From Zygnema circumcarinatum SAG 698-1b (taxonomy: Eukaryota; Plantae; Zygnematophyceae), in contig CM074810.1 of the NCBI GenBank assembly GCA_037447605.1, positions 3,630,880-3,694,879 on the forward strand: a DNA stretch of 64,000 bases. Direction: 5' to 3'. The first letter of the stretch is position 1. Every line of letters starts with the position of its first letter. This document shows, piece by piece, positions 1-11,598 of this stretch. The notes below the pieces were generated by a model, which ran no database searches, had not been told where the DNA came from, and was given only the letters and a program-made list of their open reading frames with translations. The position numbers were made by a program, and so were the translations under genes.

Positions 1-1188
1 AAACGGAAGATTTGAGCACAAACTTGCAGAGCATGGAGGTGAGCTCTTCCCCAAACCCGCCGTCAGGGGGGATGTCGCTCGATCCAAATATAACCATCGC
101 AAATATTTCTCCGTACCATGTCTTGGCCATGTAGCACAACTGCAGGATGGGGGGGGGGAGGGGGGGAGAGAGGAAAAGGAGGGAGAGCGTCAGGGGTGAG
201 ATGGAAGAGAGTGAGTGGGGAGTGAGAAGGGAGGGAGGGTGTGGGGGGGAGAGTGGGGGGAGAGAGGGAGAGGGGGGAGAGCGTGAGGGAGTGAAATTGC
301 AGAGAGAGGGAGGAGGGAGTGAGAAGAGAGAGAGTGGGGGGGGATAGGGGGGAGTGCGGATGAGAGGGAGGTGGGAGAGAGAGGGAAGCGAGAGAGGGAG
401 GCGGACGATGGGGAAGGAGAGGATGGAAAAGGAAGGAGCAGAGGGAGACAGAGGAGAGAGTGAATATGTGGGAGAGAGTGATCAACAACAAAAAGTAGAA
501 AACTTGGAGGATGGAGGCGATGGAGAAGAAAGAGAGACCACATGGGCGAGAGTGAAGTTGGGGGAGGGGAGAGAACGATGGGGCAGGGCGAGATAGGGAG
601 TTAAACAGAGAAGAAGAAAAAGAGAAACGGAGAGAGCGAGAGAAAGAGAGAGAGGGAGAGCTGAAATCTGACCTGGAAACCTGCTCTACTCCTCAATATG
701 TGCTGACAGACCAAATGAAGAGGCTTCCTCTCCAAAGCCTTCAAACCAGTGAGCAGTCTCCTCACTCCGATCTCCTCTTCATTCAAAATCACATTCCTCT
801 CACTTGACTCATACTCATACTTCCCGGTGTGCTCCACCATGTATGGCAATCCCGCAATAATTCGAAAAAATTCAACCGGAGAAACTTCATAGGGGAGAAG
901 GAGGTCCGTCAAAGGCATGCGATAGGGTTTGCAGCGAAGAACAACGGGATCGGGAATTACGGAAATTCGCTGTTTGCGGACTTTTTTCAATTGTGCCCCG
1001 TTTTCGTCGATTTCTTCAAACTCTTCGGAGGGGTTGAGAGTGGCAGTAGTGGGCTGCCCGTCGATGTAATATGAGAGTTGGACGCAGAAGGAGGAGATTT
1101 CAAAGCGGGAGGCAGTTACTGTAATGGCGGTCTTTAGGGATTCCTGGGGAAGGGAGAGGATGGGAGAGGAGTGAGAGAGGCGAGGGGG
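1..1188. repeat. Near-identical copy of 2070-3258 (TPLATE exon 6 and part of exon 7) ending at a 10-N gap; probable unmerged contig overlap
   Basis: Same sequence at offset 2069-2070, including the intron microsatellites. Abuts the N gap at 1189-1198. Confidence 0.9.
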
Positions 1189-1707
1189 NNNNNNNNNNCG
1201 TTTTTGGAGGATAAAACAAACGAAGAGGTTTTGTTGCTTCCAGTTCTAGGAAGAGAGATAACGGAGTATAGCCGTAGAAATCTGTATCTCTGACGACAAC
1301 TCATGCGATTCGTTTGCGTGAAAGGTAAACTATCTTTCAATGTTTTTTGTTATCCCACTTGTTCTGTTTTTTTTTGTAATTTTAAAATTGAACCATGGCA
1401 GCTCTCAGAACATAATAGGATGGAATTCACCCTATAGTAAGCATACTTTCATAACTATGTTTGTTAGTCCATACTGAAATTGGTGACTACAATCAATACC
1501 ATCTGTTAAACCCGCATGGAACCACCCCCCGGTCTCCCCTTTCCATCCAAACACCTTCGACCTCCTTCCCCTCTCTGCCCTAAACGTAAAAGAAAAACAA
1601 ACAAAAACTGCACAAATTCAACGAGCTCTATCCGATATTAACTACTTATGCCTACGGCCCCTAAAACCCTAACAAAAACTGAAACCCTAAACCCTAAGCC
1701 CTAAATT

Positions 1708-4700
1708 TCATGCCCTCACTCGATTTTGAATAGCCACCTGCCTCGCCTTGAGCGCACTCCATCCCTGCAAGACTGCTGCCTGAAGGGCTTGCTGCTCCTC
1801 CGGGACCAATGGGGGCACCTGCTTCTCCACAACCTCATTGACCCCCTCCTCCTCCTCACTCTCATCACCCCTTACTGTTCCCGGAAAGGGAACACCATCG
1901 ATCTTCTCCTTCATGCTCTTCTTCAACAACGCTATATGCTGCGCAGTTCTCCGTTGCTTTTCCTCCAGTTCCGTCTTCAGTTCTTCCTCCGTCACAACGC
2001 GCACGGAACCGTCCGTCAGGTCGTCCAGCCAATGTTGGGGCTCCGCTGTAACGGAATCGAGCACATGTGAAACGGAAGATTTGAGCACAAACTTGCAGAG
2101 CATGGAGGTGAGCTCTTCCCCAAACCCGCCGTCAGGGGGGATGTCGCTCGATCCAAATATAACCATCGCAAATATTTCTCCGTACCATGTCTTGGCCATG
2201 TAGCACAACTGCAGGATGGGGGGGGGGAGGGGGGGAGAGAGGAAAAGGAGGGAGAGCGTCAGGGGGTGAGATGGAAGAGAGTGAGTGGGGAGTGAGAAGG
2301 GAGGGAGGGTGTGGGGGGGAGAGTGGGGGGAGAGAGGGAGAGGGGGGAGAGCGTGAGGGAGTGAAATTGCAGAGAGAGGGAGGAGGGAGTGAGAAGAGAG
2401 AGAGTGGGGGGGGATAGGGGGGAGTGCGGATGAGAGGGAGGTGGGAGAGAGAGGGAAGCGAGAGAGGGAGGCGGACGATGGGGAAGGAGAGGATGGAAAA
2501 GGAAGGAGCAGAGGGAGACAGAGGAGAGAGTGAATATGTGGGAGAGAGTGATCAACAACAAAAAGTAGAAAACTTGGAGGATGGAGGCGATGGAGAAGAA
2601 AGAGAGACCACATGGGCGAGAGTGAAGTTGGGGGAGGGGAGAGAACGATGGGGCAGGGCGAGATAGGGAGTTAAACAGAGAAGAAGAAAAAGAGAAACGG
2701 AGAGAGCGAGAGAAAGAGAGAGAGGGAGAGCTGAAATCTGACCTGGAAACCTGCTCTACTCCTCAATATGTGCTGACAGACCAAATGAAGAGGCTTCCTC
2801 TCCAAAGCCTTCAAACCAGTGAGCAGTCTCCTCACTCCGATCTCCTCTTCATTCAAAATCACATTCCTCTCACTTGACTCATACTCATACTTCCCGGTGT
2901 GCTCCACCATGTATGGCAATCCCGCAATAATTCGAAAAAATTCAACCGGAGAAACTTCATAGGGGAGAAGGAGGTCCGTCAAAGGCATGCGATAGGGTTT
3001 GCAGCGAAGAACAACGGGATCGGGAATTACGGAAATTCGCTGTTTGCGGACTTTTTTCAATTGTGCCCCGTTTTCGTCGATTTCTTCAAACTCTTCGGAG
3101 GGGTTGAGAGTGGCAGTAGTGGGCTGCCCGTCGATGTAATATGAGAGTTGGACGCAGAAGGAGGAGATTTCAAAGCGGGAGGCAGTTACTGTAATGGCGG
3201 TCTTTAGGGATTCCTGGGGAAGGGAGAGGATGGGAGAGGAGTGAGAGAGGCGAGGGGGAGGGGNNNNNNNNNNGGGAGGGGGAGAGGGAGAGGGAGAGGG
3301 AGAGGGAGAGGGAGGAGGCACGGATGGGAATAAAGGAGAGTGGGGGGGTGAGATGACAGAATGGGGGAAAACGGGTAGGGGGGGGGAGGAGGAGAGGAGA
3401 AAGTGATAAAATGGGGACGAGAGAGGGCGGGGGAGAAAGGGAGGGGGAGTACATGGAGAATGATGGGAGGAGAGAGAGAATGGTAAGGGGGAAGGAGGGG
3501 GGGATGGGAAGAGAGAGAGCGAGCGAGAGAGAGAGAGAGAAAGAGAATGATTCCTTCTCAAGCAAGTCAAGCAAGCAGTCAAACATTTCGTATCAGCACT
3601 CATTGTGGCTAAGTGAAAGTTTAGTTTCAGGGCAGTCTCGTACATGCGATCCGAGCCCTCTCACTCGCCGAACGGCTTTGGGCGCTCCGTTGAGAAGTTT
3701 GAGGCCGCCCACAAGGCCGATTTGCACGTCAACTTGGCCCACCGCCACCTCGGAAATGTTCAGAATCTGCAAAAACAATGAACAAGCTAAATACAAAGTA
3801 AAATAAAATAACCGTTTCCTCCCCTCCCTCCTCCTCCCCCCTCCCTCCCCCTCCCCTCCCCTCCATCCTCCCCCTCCCCCCTCCCCCCTCCCCCCCTCCC
3901 TCATCTCCCCTCCCCTCACACACTCTCCACCTCCCCCTCCATCCTCCATCTCCCCTCCCCCTCCCCCCTCCCTCCCCCTCCCCCCTCCCCTCCCCTCCCC
4001 CCCTCCCCCTCCCCCCTCCCCTCCCCCCTCCCCTCCCTCCTCCCCCTCCCCTCCCCTCCCCCCTCCCCTCCCCCCCTCCCTCATCCTCCCCCCTCCCCCC
4101 CTCCCCTCACCTCCCCTCCCCCCCCTCCCCTCCCTAATCCTCCATCCTCCCCCTCCCCTCCCCTCCATCCTCCCCCTCCCCCTCCCCCTCCCCCTCCCCC
4201 CCCTCCATCCATCTCCTCCCCCTCCCCCTCCCCCTCCTCCCCTCCCCCTCCCCCTCCCCCTCCTCCCCCTCCCCCTCCCCCTCCCCCTCCCCCTCCCCTC
4301 CCCTCCCCTCCCCCTCCCCCCTCCCCCCTCCCCTCCCCCTCCCCTCCCCCTCCCCCTCCCCTCCATCCTCCCCCTCCCCCTCCTCCCCTCCTCCCCCCCT
4401 CCCCTCCCCCTCCCCCTCCCCTCCCCTCATCCTCCATCCTCCCCCTCCCCTCCCCTCCCCTCCCCTCCCCTCCATCCATCCTCCTCCCCCTCCCCCCTCC
4501 CCCTCCTCCCCTCCATCCTCCATCCTCCCCCTCCCCTCCCCCTCCCCCTCCCCCTCCCCTCCCCTCACCCTCCCCCTCCCCCTCCCCCCCTCCCCTCCCC
4601 CTCCCCCCTCCCCTCCCCTCCCCCCTCATCCTCCCCCTCCCCCTCCCCTCCCCTCCCCTCCCCTCCCCCCCTCCCCTCCCCTCCATCCTCCATCCTCCCC

Positions 4701-7700
4701 TCCCCCTCCCCTCCATCCTCCCCCTCCCCTCCCCTCCCCCCCTCCCCCTCCCCCTCCCCTCCCCCCTCCATCCTCCATCCTCCCCTCCCCCCTCCCCTCC
4801 ATCCTCCTCCCCTCCCCCTCCCCTCCCCCTCCCCTCCCTCATCCTCCCCCCTCCCCCCACCCCCCTCCCCCTCCCCCCCTCCCCCTCCCCCTCCCCCTCC
4901 CCCTCCATCCTCCATCCTCCCCCCTCCCTCCCCCTCCATCCTCCCCCTCCCCTCCCCCCCTCCCCCTCCCCTCCCCTCCATCTCATCCTCCCCCCTCCTC
5001 CCCCCTCCCCTCCCCTCCCCCTCCTCCCCCCCTCCCCTCCCCTCCCCCTCCCCCTCCCCCCTCCCCTCCTCCCCTCCCCCCCTCCTCCCCCCTCCCCCCC
5101 CTCCCCCTCCCCTCCATCCTCCCCCTCCCCTCCCCTCCCCCTCCCCCTCCCCCTCCCTCCCCTCCTCCATCCTCCATCCTCCCCCTCCCCCTCCCCCTCC
5201 TCCCCCCCTCCCCTCCATCCTCCATCCTCCCCCCTCCCCTCCCCTCCCCTCCCCTCCCCCCTCATCCTCCATCCTCCCCCTCCCCTCCCCCTCCCCTCCC
5301 CCCTCCCCTCCCCTCCCCCACTCCCCTCCCCCTCCCCCCTCCCCTCCCCTCCCCTCCCCTCCATCCTCCCCCTCCCCTCCCCCCCTCCCCCCTCCTGCCA
5401 TCCTCCCCCTCCCCTCCCCTCCCCCCCCTCCCCCTCCATCCTCCCCCCTCCCCCCCTCCATCCTCCCCCCCCTCCCCCCCTCCCCCCCTCCCCCTCCCCC
5501 CTCCCCTCCCTCCTCCCCTCCCCCTCCCCCTCCCCCTCCCCCCTCCCCCCCTCCCCTCCATCCTCCCCCCTCCCTCCCCCTCCCCCTCCCTCCCCTCCCC
5601 CTCCCCCTCCGTCCTCCCCCTCCCCCCTCCATCCTCCCCCCTCCGCCTCCCCCTCCCCCTCCTCCCCTCTCCCCTCCCCCTCCCTCCCCCTCCCCCCTCC
5701 CCTCCCCCTCCCCCTCCCCCCTCCCCTCCATCCTCCCCCCTCCCCCCTCCCCACCCCCCTCCCCTCCCCTCCCCCTCCCCCTCCCCTCCCCTCCCTCCCC
5801 CCCCTCCCCCCTCCATCCTCCCCCCTCCCCTCCCCCCTCAGCCTCCCCCTCCCCCTCCCCTCCCCTCCCCCCTCCCCCCTCCCCTCCATCCTCCCCCCTC
5901 CCCCCTCCCCCTCCCCCTCCCCTCCCCCCTCCCCCCTCCCCCTCCCCCCTCCATTCCTCCCCCTCCCCCTCCCCCTCCCCCTCCCCCCTCCCCTCATCCT
6001 CCCCCCTCCCCTCCCCCCTCAGCCTCCCCCTCCCCCCTCCCCCTCCCCCTCCCCCTCCCCCTCCCCCTCCATCCTCCCCCCTCCCTCCCCCTCCCCCTCC
6101 CCCCTCCCCCTCCCCTCCCCTCCCCTCATCCTCCCCCCTCCCCTCCCCCCTCATCCCCTCCCCCTCCCCCTCCTCCCCCTCCCCCTCCCCCCCTCCACCC
6201 TCCCCTCCCCTCCATCCTCCCCCTCCCCCTCCTCCCCTCCCCCTCCCCTCCCCCCCTCCCCTCCCCTCCCCTCCCTCCTTCCCCTCCCCTCCATTCCCCC
6301 CTTCCCCTTTCCCTCCCTCACCTTCACATGCAACGTGATCCTCCGTTCCGTTACATCCGTCACATGGAACACGTCCACGAGAACAGGATCGCTGCAGCCC
6401 GCCAGCACCTGCCCCGTCCCCGTCCTTTTCTGTGACGTGACGCCGCTTGTCGCGACGTGGAGCTCCGTCCTTTTGGGCTGCCAAAGATCCCGAACCGCCG
6501 TTCGCACCACAACCTCCAACTTTCTGTCCTGTGCGGCGCCGCCCTCGCGGTATTGTACGGAGAGCTTGTGGTGGGTGAACGGGTACTCGCCGGTGGTGCC
6601 CACACGTGCGGCCCACCTGCCACGTGGCATCACGAGATGGCGACACGTCAGCACTTGAGATTGGAGGGGGGGGGGGGGTAATCAGAAAGGGAGAGATCTG
6701 GCAGACAGTCAATGTTGTCCGGAAGGGTGGGAATAATGGAAATTGTGTAGTCAAACCCTAAAAATCAAATGTCAAAGCCCCAACGGAACTAAGAGACCAT
6801 GGACACCCGGAATATCATCAAACCCTAAAACCCCAAACTGCTTGAACACTCAACCACACTAAATTTCTTGGCGAAACCAAAGAACTCTAAAATCTTGAAC
6901 GGAAGTGACGACGACGATGACCCAATGGCGGGTTGATGAGGAGGATGCAGAGGATTCTGGAAGTCACACAGAGGGGGAGAGAGAGGGAGAGAGAGAGCGG
7001 GAGAGAGACAGTGAGGAGGGAAGTGGGAGACGGAGGGATGGGGAAAGAGAGAGAGGGAGAGGACGAGGGAGAGGGAGAGGGAGAGGGAGAGGGAGAGGGA
7101 GAGGGANNNNNNNNNNGGGAGAGGGAGAGGGAGAGGAAGCGGGAGAGGGAGAGGGAGAGGGAGAGGGAGAGGGAGAGGAAGAGGGAAAGGGAGAGCGAGG
7201 GAGAGGGAGAGGGAGAGGGGGAGGGAGAGGGAGAGGAAGAGGGAGAGGGAGAGGCAGAGGGAGTGGGAGAAAGAGAGAGAACGTACTGCCGTTCCGGAAA
7301 CTTCTGAATGGCTGCGAGAAGGTTGAGCACTTGGCGGCAATGGTTGCGATTGGATGCGTCCGCCAACGGACTGCTCCGAAAGTCATCGAGTTCGCGCACA
7401 ACCATGGCGGCAGCCCTCTTGTTGCGCACACCAAGGTGCAAGGCGCACACCAGAATGGCCTGTGGTGAAAAACCACGAGGGAAGGCATCAAAAGGGAAAT
7501 TTAACAATGGTTGGATTGCTTTGAAAGTAAGTTGAGAGGGGACGGTAAAGAAGGGAAGCAGAAGTAATGGGTCGGGAAAGACAGGCCGAAGAGGATGGAA
7601 GAGCTGGGAGTCGGTTTAAAATTGAAACCCTAAAACATGGGAACAGTCCCCCCACTTTCCCCCTCCCCCCTCCCTGCTACTCCCCTCCCTCCTCCCCTGT

Positions 7701-10221
7701 CTCCCACTCTCTCACACCCTCTCCCTCTCCCTCTTCCGTCTTCCCTCCCCCTCCCTCACTCTCTTTCACCCTCCCACATGCAAACAGACAAGTTCCCCTC
7801 CTCCCAGGCCCCTCCCTGACCTACCTAGAGAAAGCACCGTCAACCCTTAACTTCAACCCACTCCCTAAACCCTAAACCCTAAACCCTAAACCCTAAACCC
7901 TAAACCCTAAACCCTAAACCCTAACCCTAAATCTTAAACCCTAAACCCTAATTCCGTACAGCCCTTCCTCCCTATCTACCTACCTACCCACCTACCTGCA
8001 CATCCTGCAGCCGGCCGGTCTGCGCGGGATCTGCGTTGTGGAGGAGGCGCCTTGCGGCGGTTACGAGCACATTGAGGGGCTCGCGGGGCTCGTCCGCGAA
8101 GAGGGGGGTCGACCCGGAGAGGTCCAAATGCTCCGCCAACGCCCACAGCACGCGGACGCGGAGACGGGGGGTGGCCACCTGGGGGGGAGGGAGAGGCGGA
8201 GGGAGAGGGGGAGGGAGAGGGGGAGGGGGAGGGGGAGCGGAAGGGTTCAGAAGGAGGACCAGAGTCCAAGAGAGGTGTGTGGGAGGGAAAGAGAAAGACA
8301 TGGCAAAATTGAAAGAGAGAGAGGGAAAGCACCGTAAACCCTCAACTCATTCCCTAAACCCTAATTCCGTACAGCCCCAACCCTGAACCTTCGTGCCTAC
8401 CTCCTGCATTCCGTCCAGCAGCTGTCTATGCAGCGCCTGCAGCCTCTGCTCCACTTGGACCTGCTCTGACGTCACCTGCCCGTCCTTCAAACTTTTCACC
8501 CCGCCCGCCGTGTCGTAATGCGCACAAAGTTTTACCAAAAGCCGCAAATAGCAGTCCATGGCGTAGGTCCTCCCTCCGCACTCCCACTTTAGGCACCCCC
8601 TGCAGCCCTCTAACACTTCAAGAGCCGACTGCATCTGAAACTGTGACTGAAACTGAAACTGAAACTGGGAGGGGAACTTGAACTGCGAGAGCGGCGGCTT
8701 CGTGTGCATGTGCGTTTTTGTAGGGTTTGAAGACTTAGGGTTTGGGGGGGGCTGGGAGAGCTGGAAAGTGGTTTCTATTAAGCAGGCGAGTAGTTCTTCT
8801 CTGAAGAGGCTTTCACATTTTACGGCTGCAAATTCTTCTCTCGTTTTCGGGTCTTCGAAAAGAAAAGATGCTATGTCTGTTCCCTGCAACGGTTTCTGAC
8901 CTCTCCGTGCGCTTTCTTTAACGAATAAATCGACGCATAGAGCCGTTCTGCAAATACATGCGAGCGCATGCATTCGGTCTGCTTCAACACGTAAATTTCT
9001 GACCATCACTAAAATTCGCTTAAATAGCGCAACTTGCAAATGGAGATCAAGGAGCTGTATGTTCGAAACCACAGCCTTCACTATGGCTTCTCTTCCGGCA
9101 GTGTACTCATTCCGATCCCAGAGAGCAAGAAAGGCTGTGATTGGTCCAGCAGCCCACTCAGGCTTGCCGCCCGGCAGCCCAGCAAGAGAGAGAACATGAA
9201 TACCGACTTCGTATATGAGAGCGGGATCGAGAGAGGAAGATAAATAGGGGGCCAAAAAACTCACTATATCGGAAACCCCCAGCATTCTTTCCGCATTCAC
9301 TAAATCCTTTTCTTCGACAACAATACTATTATTCGCTCGAACTGCGTACCCGAACCCTCCCCCATTCTGCAGCCCCAAATTAGGGTTAGAGTCAGGGTTT
9401 CCTATCACAGCCTTCATATTGTCGAGCATTCCGGAAGCCACGAGCTGTGCTGCATATGTCAACGGATACACAACGTTCCGTAATCCATCTAACGGTAACA
9501 GAGCCGCCCGATCCATGAGCAGCCCCCTCCGAGACCATACAAGCTCCGCCATGGCTGCCACTGCCTGAAGGAGAACTTCCGCCTTCCTCCTCTCTCCCTC
9601 CTCTCCCTCCTCCCCTCTTCTCCTCCTCGAAAACGAAAACTCCCCAAACAAACTCCCAACTGAAGCAAAAGCTGCGGCAGAAACTGAGTCGGAGGAGTCA
9701 GCCATGGCTTCCCCTATAGCCCTCCACCACAGCATCACCCTCTCTAACATGGTACTCGACTCAATAGCTATTTCAGCCACATCCTCTCTCACTAACAATC
9801 TCCCTACCGCCTGCACCGCTGCAGCTCGCAGAGGGGGGTGATCATGAGTCATAGCCGCCCCAAGCTCCTGCCACGTGTCACTCAGAAACTCCCCCAGTCG
9901 CCATGAAGGGAGAGCGGGAAGGAAGGAGAGGGAGACAGCTGTCGTCTCGTCATTGATGCGCAGGTGCTGGGCGAGGCTCCGGCAGACGCTCTCCCAGTCG
10001 TCGGAGGAGAGGCGGGAGGAGCGAATGCAGTCGAAGGCGAGAGCCATGGCGGTCGGGCCCGAGGTGGGCGAGGAGAGCACGTCTGAGCATATGGAAGGGA
10101 GGAGGGATGAGATGTCCCGGCCGGCGGCGGAGAGCTGGAGGGCGAAGAGGAGGGAGGAGGACACGCGGAGGGGGTCGGGGGAGATGAGGCCCGAGCGGAT
10201 ATCGGAGTAGAGCTGGTCCAT
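1708..10221 (-). CDS. TPLATE: TPLATE, core adaptin-like subunit of the TPLATE/TSET endocytic complex; 7 exons, about 1188 aa
   Basis: Exons 10221-8401, 8178-7996, 7459-7287, 6616-6322, 3766-3644, 3213-2743, 2208-1708. All are GT-AG and phase-consistent, totalling 3567 nt. Motifs match plant TPLATE: SAAGRDIS, GGKPEWA, RMHALACICRTALCV, YPFTHHKLSVQ, AQDRKLE, VSPVEFFR, WLDDLTDG, ALQAAVLQGW. Confidence 0.96.
3818..6320. repeat. About 2.5 kb homopyrimidine/homopurine tract (CTCCCC / CATCCTCC units) filling TPLATE intron 4; G-rich on the sense strand
   Basis: Directly visible. Almost only C and T on the + strand, with interspersed CATCCT units. Confidence 0.97.
7862..7950. repeat. Interstitial telomeric array (CCCTAAA)n in TPLATE intron 2
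   Basis: About 9 perfect CCCTAAA units followed by degenerate ones. Confidence 0.95.
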
Positions 10222-10244
10222 GGTGGGAGAAGTGGTGTGGGAAG

Positions 10245-10740
10245 GAGGTTTGGGGGGGGAGGGAGGGAGGGAGGGAGAGTGGGGGGAGAGAGAGGGTCGG
10301 AGGGAGGGAGGGAGGGAGTGGAGGGAGGGAGGGAGTGAGGGAGGGAGGGAGGGAGGGAGGGAGAATGGGGGAGCGAGAGGGTCGGAGGGAGGGAGGGAGG
10401 GAGGGAGGGAGGGAGGGAGGGAGGGAGGGAGGAGGGAGGGAGGGAGGGAGGGAGGGAGGAGGGAGGGAGGGAGGGAGGGAGGGAGGGAGGGAGGGAGGGA
10501 GGGAGGGAGGGAGGGAGGGAGGGAGGGAGGGAGGAGGGAGGGAGGGAGGGAGGGAGGGAGGGAGGGAGGGAGGGAGGGAGGGAGGAGGGAGGAGGGAAGG
10601 AGGAAGGGAGGGAGGGAGAGGGGGACGGAGGGAAAGGGAACCTAGGAAGAAGGGGTGCAGTAGGAAGGGGGAGGGATGGAGGGAGACAGGGAGGGAGGGA
10701 AGGAAGAAGGGGTGGAGGGAGGGTGAGAGAGCGAGGGGAT
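10245..10740. repeat. (GGGA)n tract upstream of the TPLATE start codon
   Basis: Visible tetranucleotide repeat, CT-rich on the TPLATE sense strand. Confidence 0.9.
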
Positions 10741-11598
10741 ATTAGAATACTGGAAACGAAACGAAGGAGAGGAGGGGAAGGGAAAAGGGAGAGGTTAGGG
10801 TTAGGATTAGGGTTGAGTCATCTGCGAATGGAGAGGATCTGTGGATGCCAAAAATAGGGATGGAATGAAAATAGGGATGGAATGCGAGGGTAAGTGAAGC
10901 GGGCAAGAGAGACGGGAGAGAGAAGGCGAAGAGGAGGCGCCTGCTACAGTGCCGCCATGGCTGCCGAGCTGAGAGGAGGGCAGGAAGGGAGGGCGATAGC
11001 CCTGGAAGGCATCAGTGGGAGAGAGGGTGCCTCCTTCTGAGGGGCCTTTCTCCGTTGTGAACGACACACGAGCACTATCCAATGGAAAAGCGCCACGTAA
11101 TCGTTGTGACCACGTTTTCTGACGCGATTGGTGGATTTGCGAGTTAAAGGGCCTTCCACAGCGGAAGAGCCTCTTCAAGGAGGTTTCAGGGGGTGGTTCC
11201 GTACATATTCTGGTACATGGACATACTGTATCGTACCTCACTATCCGATATAATATTGTACAATATATCTCATATCGCATGATATCGAGATATATGTAGC
11301 GTACGCACCGCCTGGAACCGATACATTTCTTAACGATATATCGCATATCGAAAAATAGTGAGATACTTGTATCGTATCGCATAATATCGGCCACCTTTAG
11401 GGCACTTTTTGACTTTTCGCCTTCGAGGCTTTCAGGTCTCGTTTTTGATATCCAATGGGTGCGTGCCACGTAGGCAGTTAGTTACACGTGACGAAATCCA
11501 ATCGGATGTTGCTCCGAATACACTGGCAATGGAGCAAGGCCCCTTGCCGAGGGAGATAGGGAGCGTAGAGAGAGAGGGAGGGAGGGAGAAAGGGAGCC

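Noticed and set aside
1-3258. Apparent tandem duplication of TPLATE 3' exons
   Set aside because: Essentially identical including microsatellites and bounded by a 10-N gap, the same pattern as two other blocks. Best explained as unmerged contig overlap. Long reads or single-copy read depth would settle it.
3593-6754. Very long Gly/Arg/Glu-rich ORFs (638 aa, 729 aa and others)
   Set aside because: Translations of the TPLATE intron 4 homopurine tract, which lacks stop codons by composition.
11187-11400. Intact hAT MITE in the TPLATE/HROB promoter
   Set aside because: Putative TIRs (CAGGGGGTGGTT versus TAAAGGTGGCCG) match poorly and no TSD is seen, so it is not listed as a feature.
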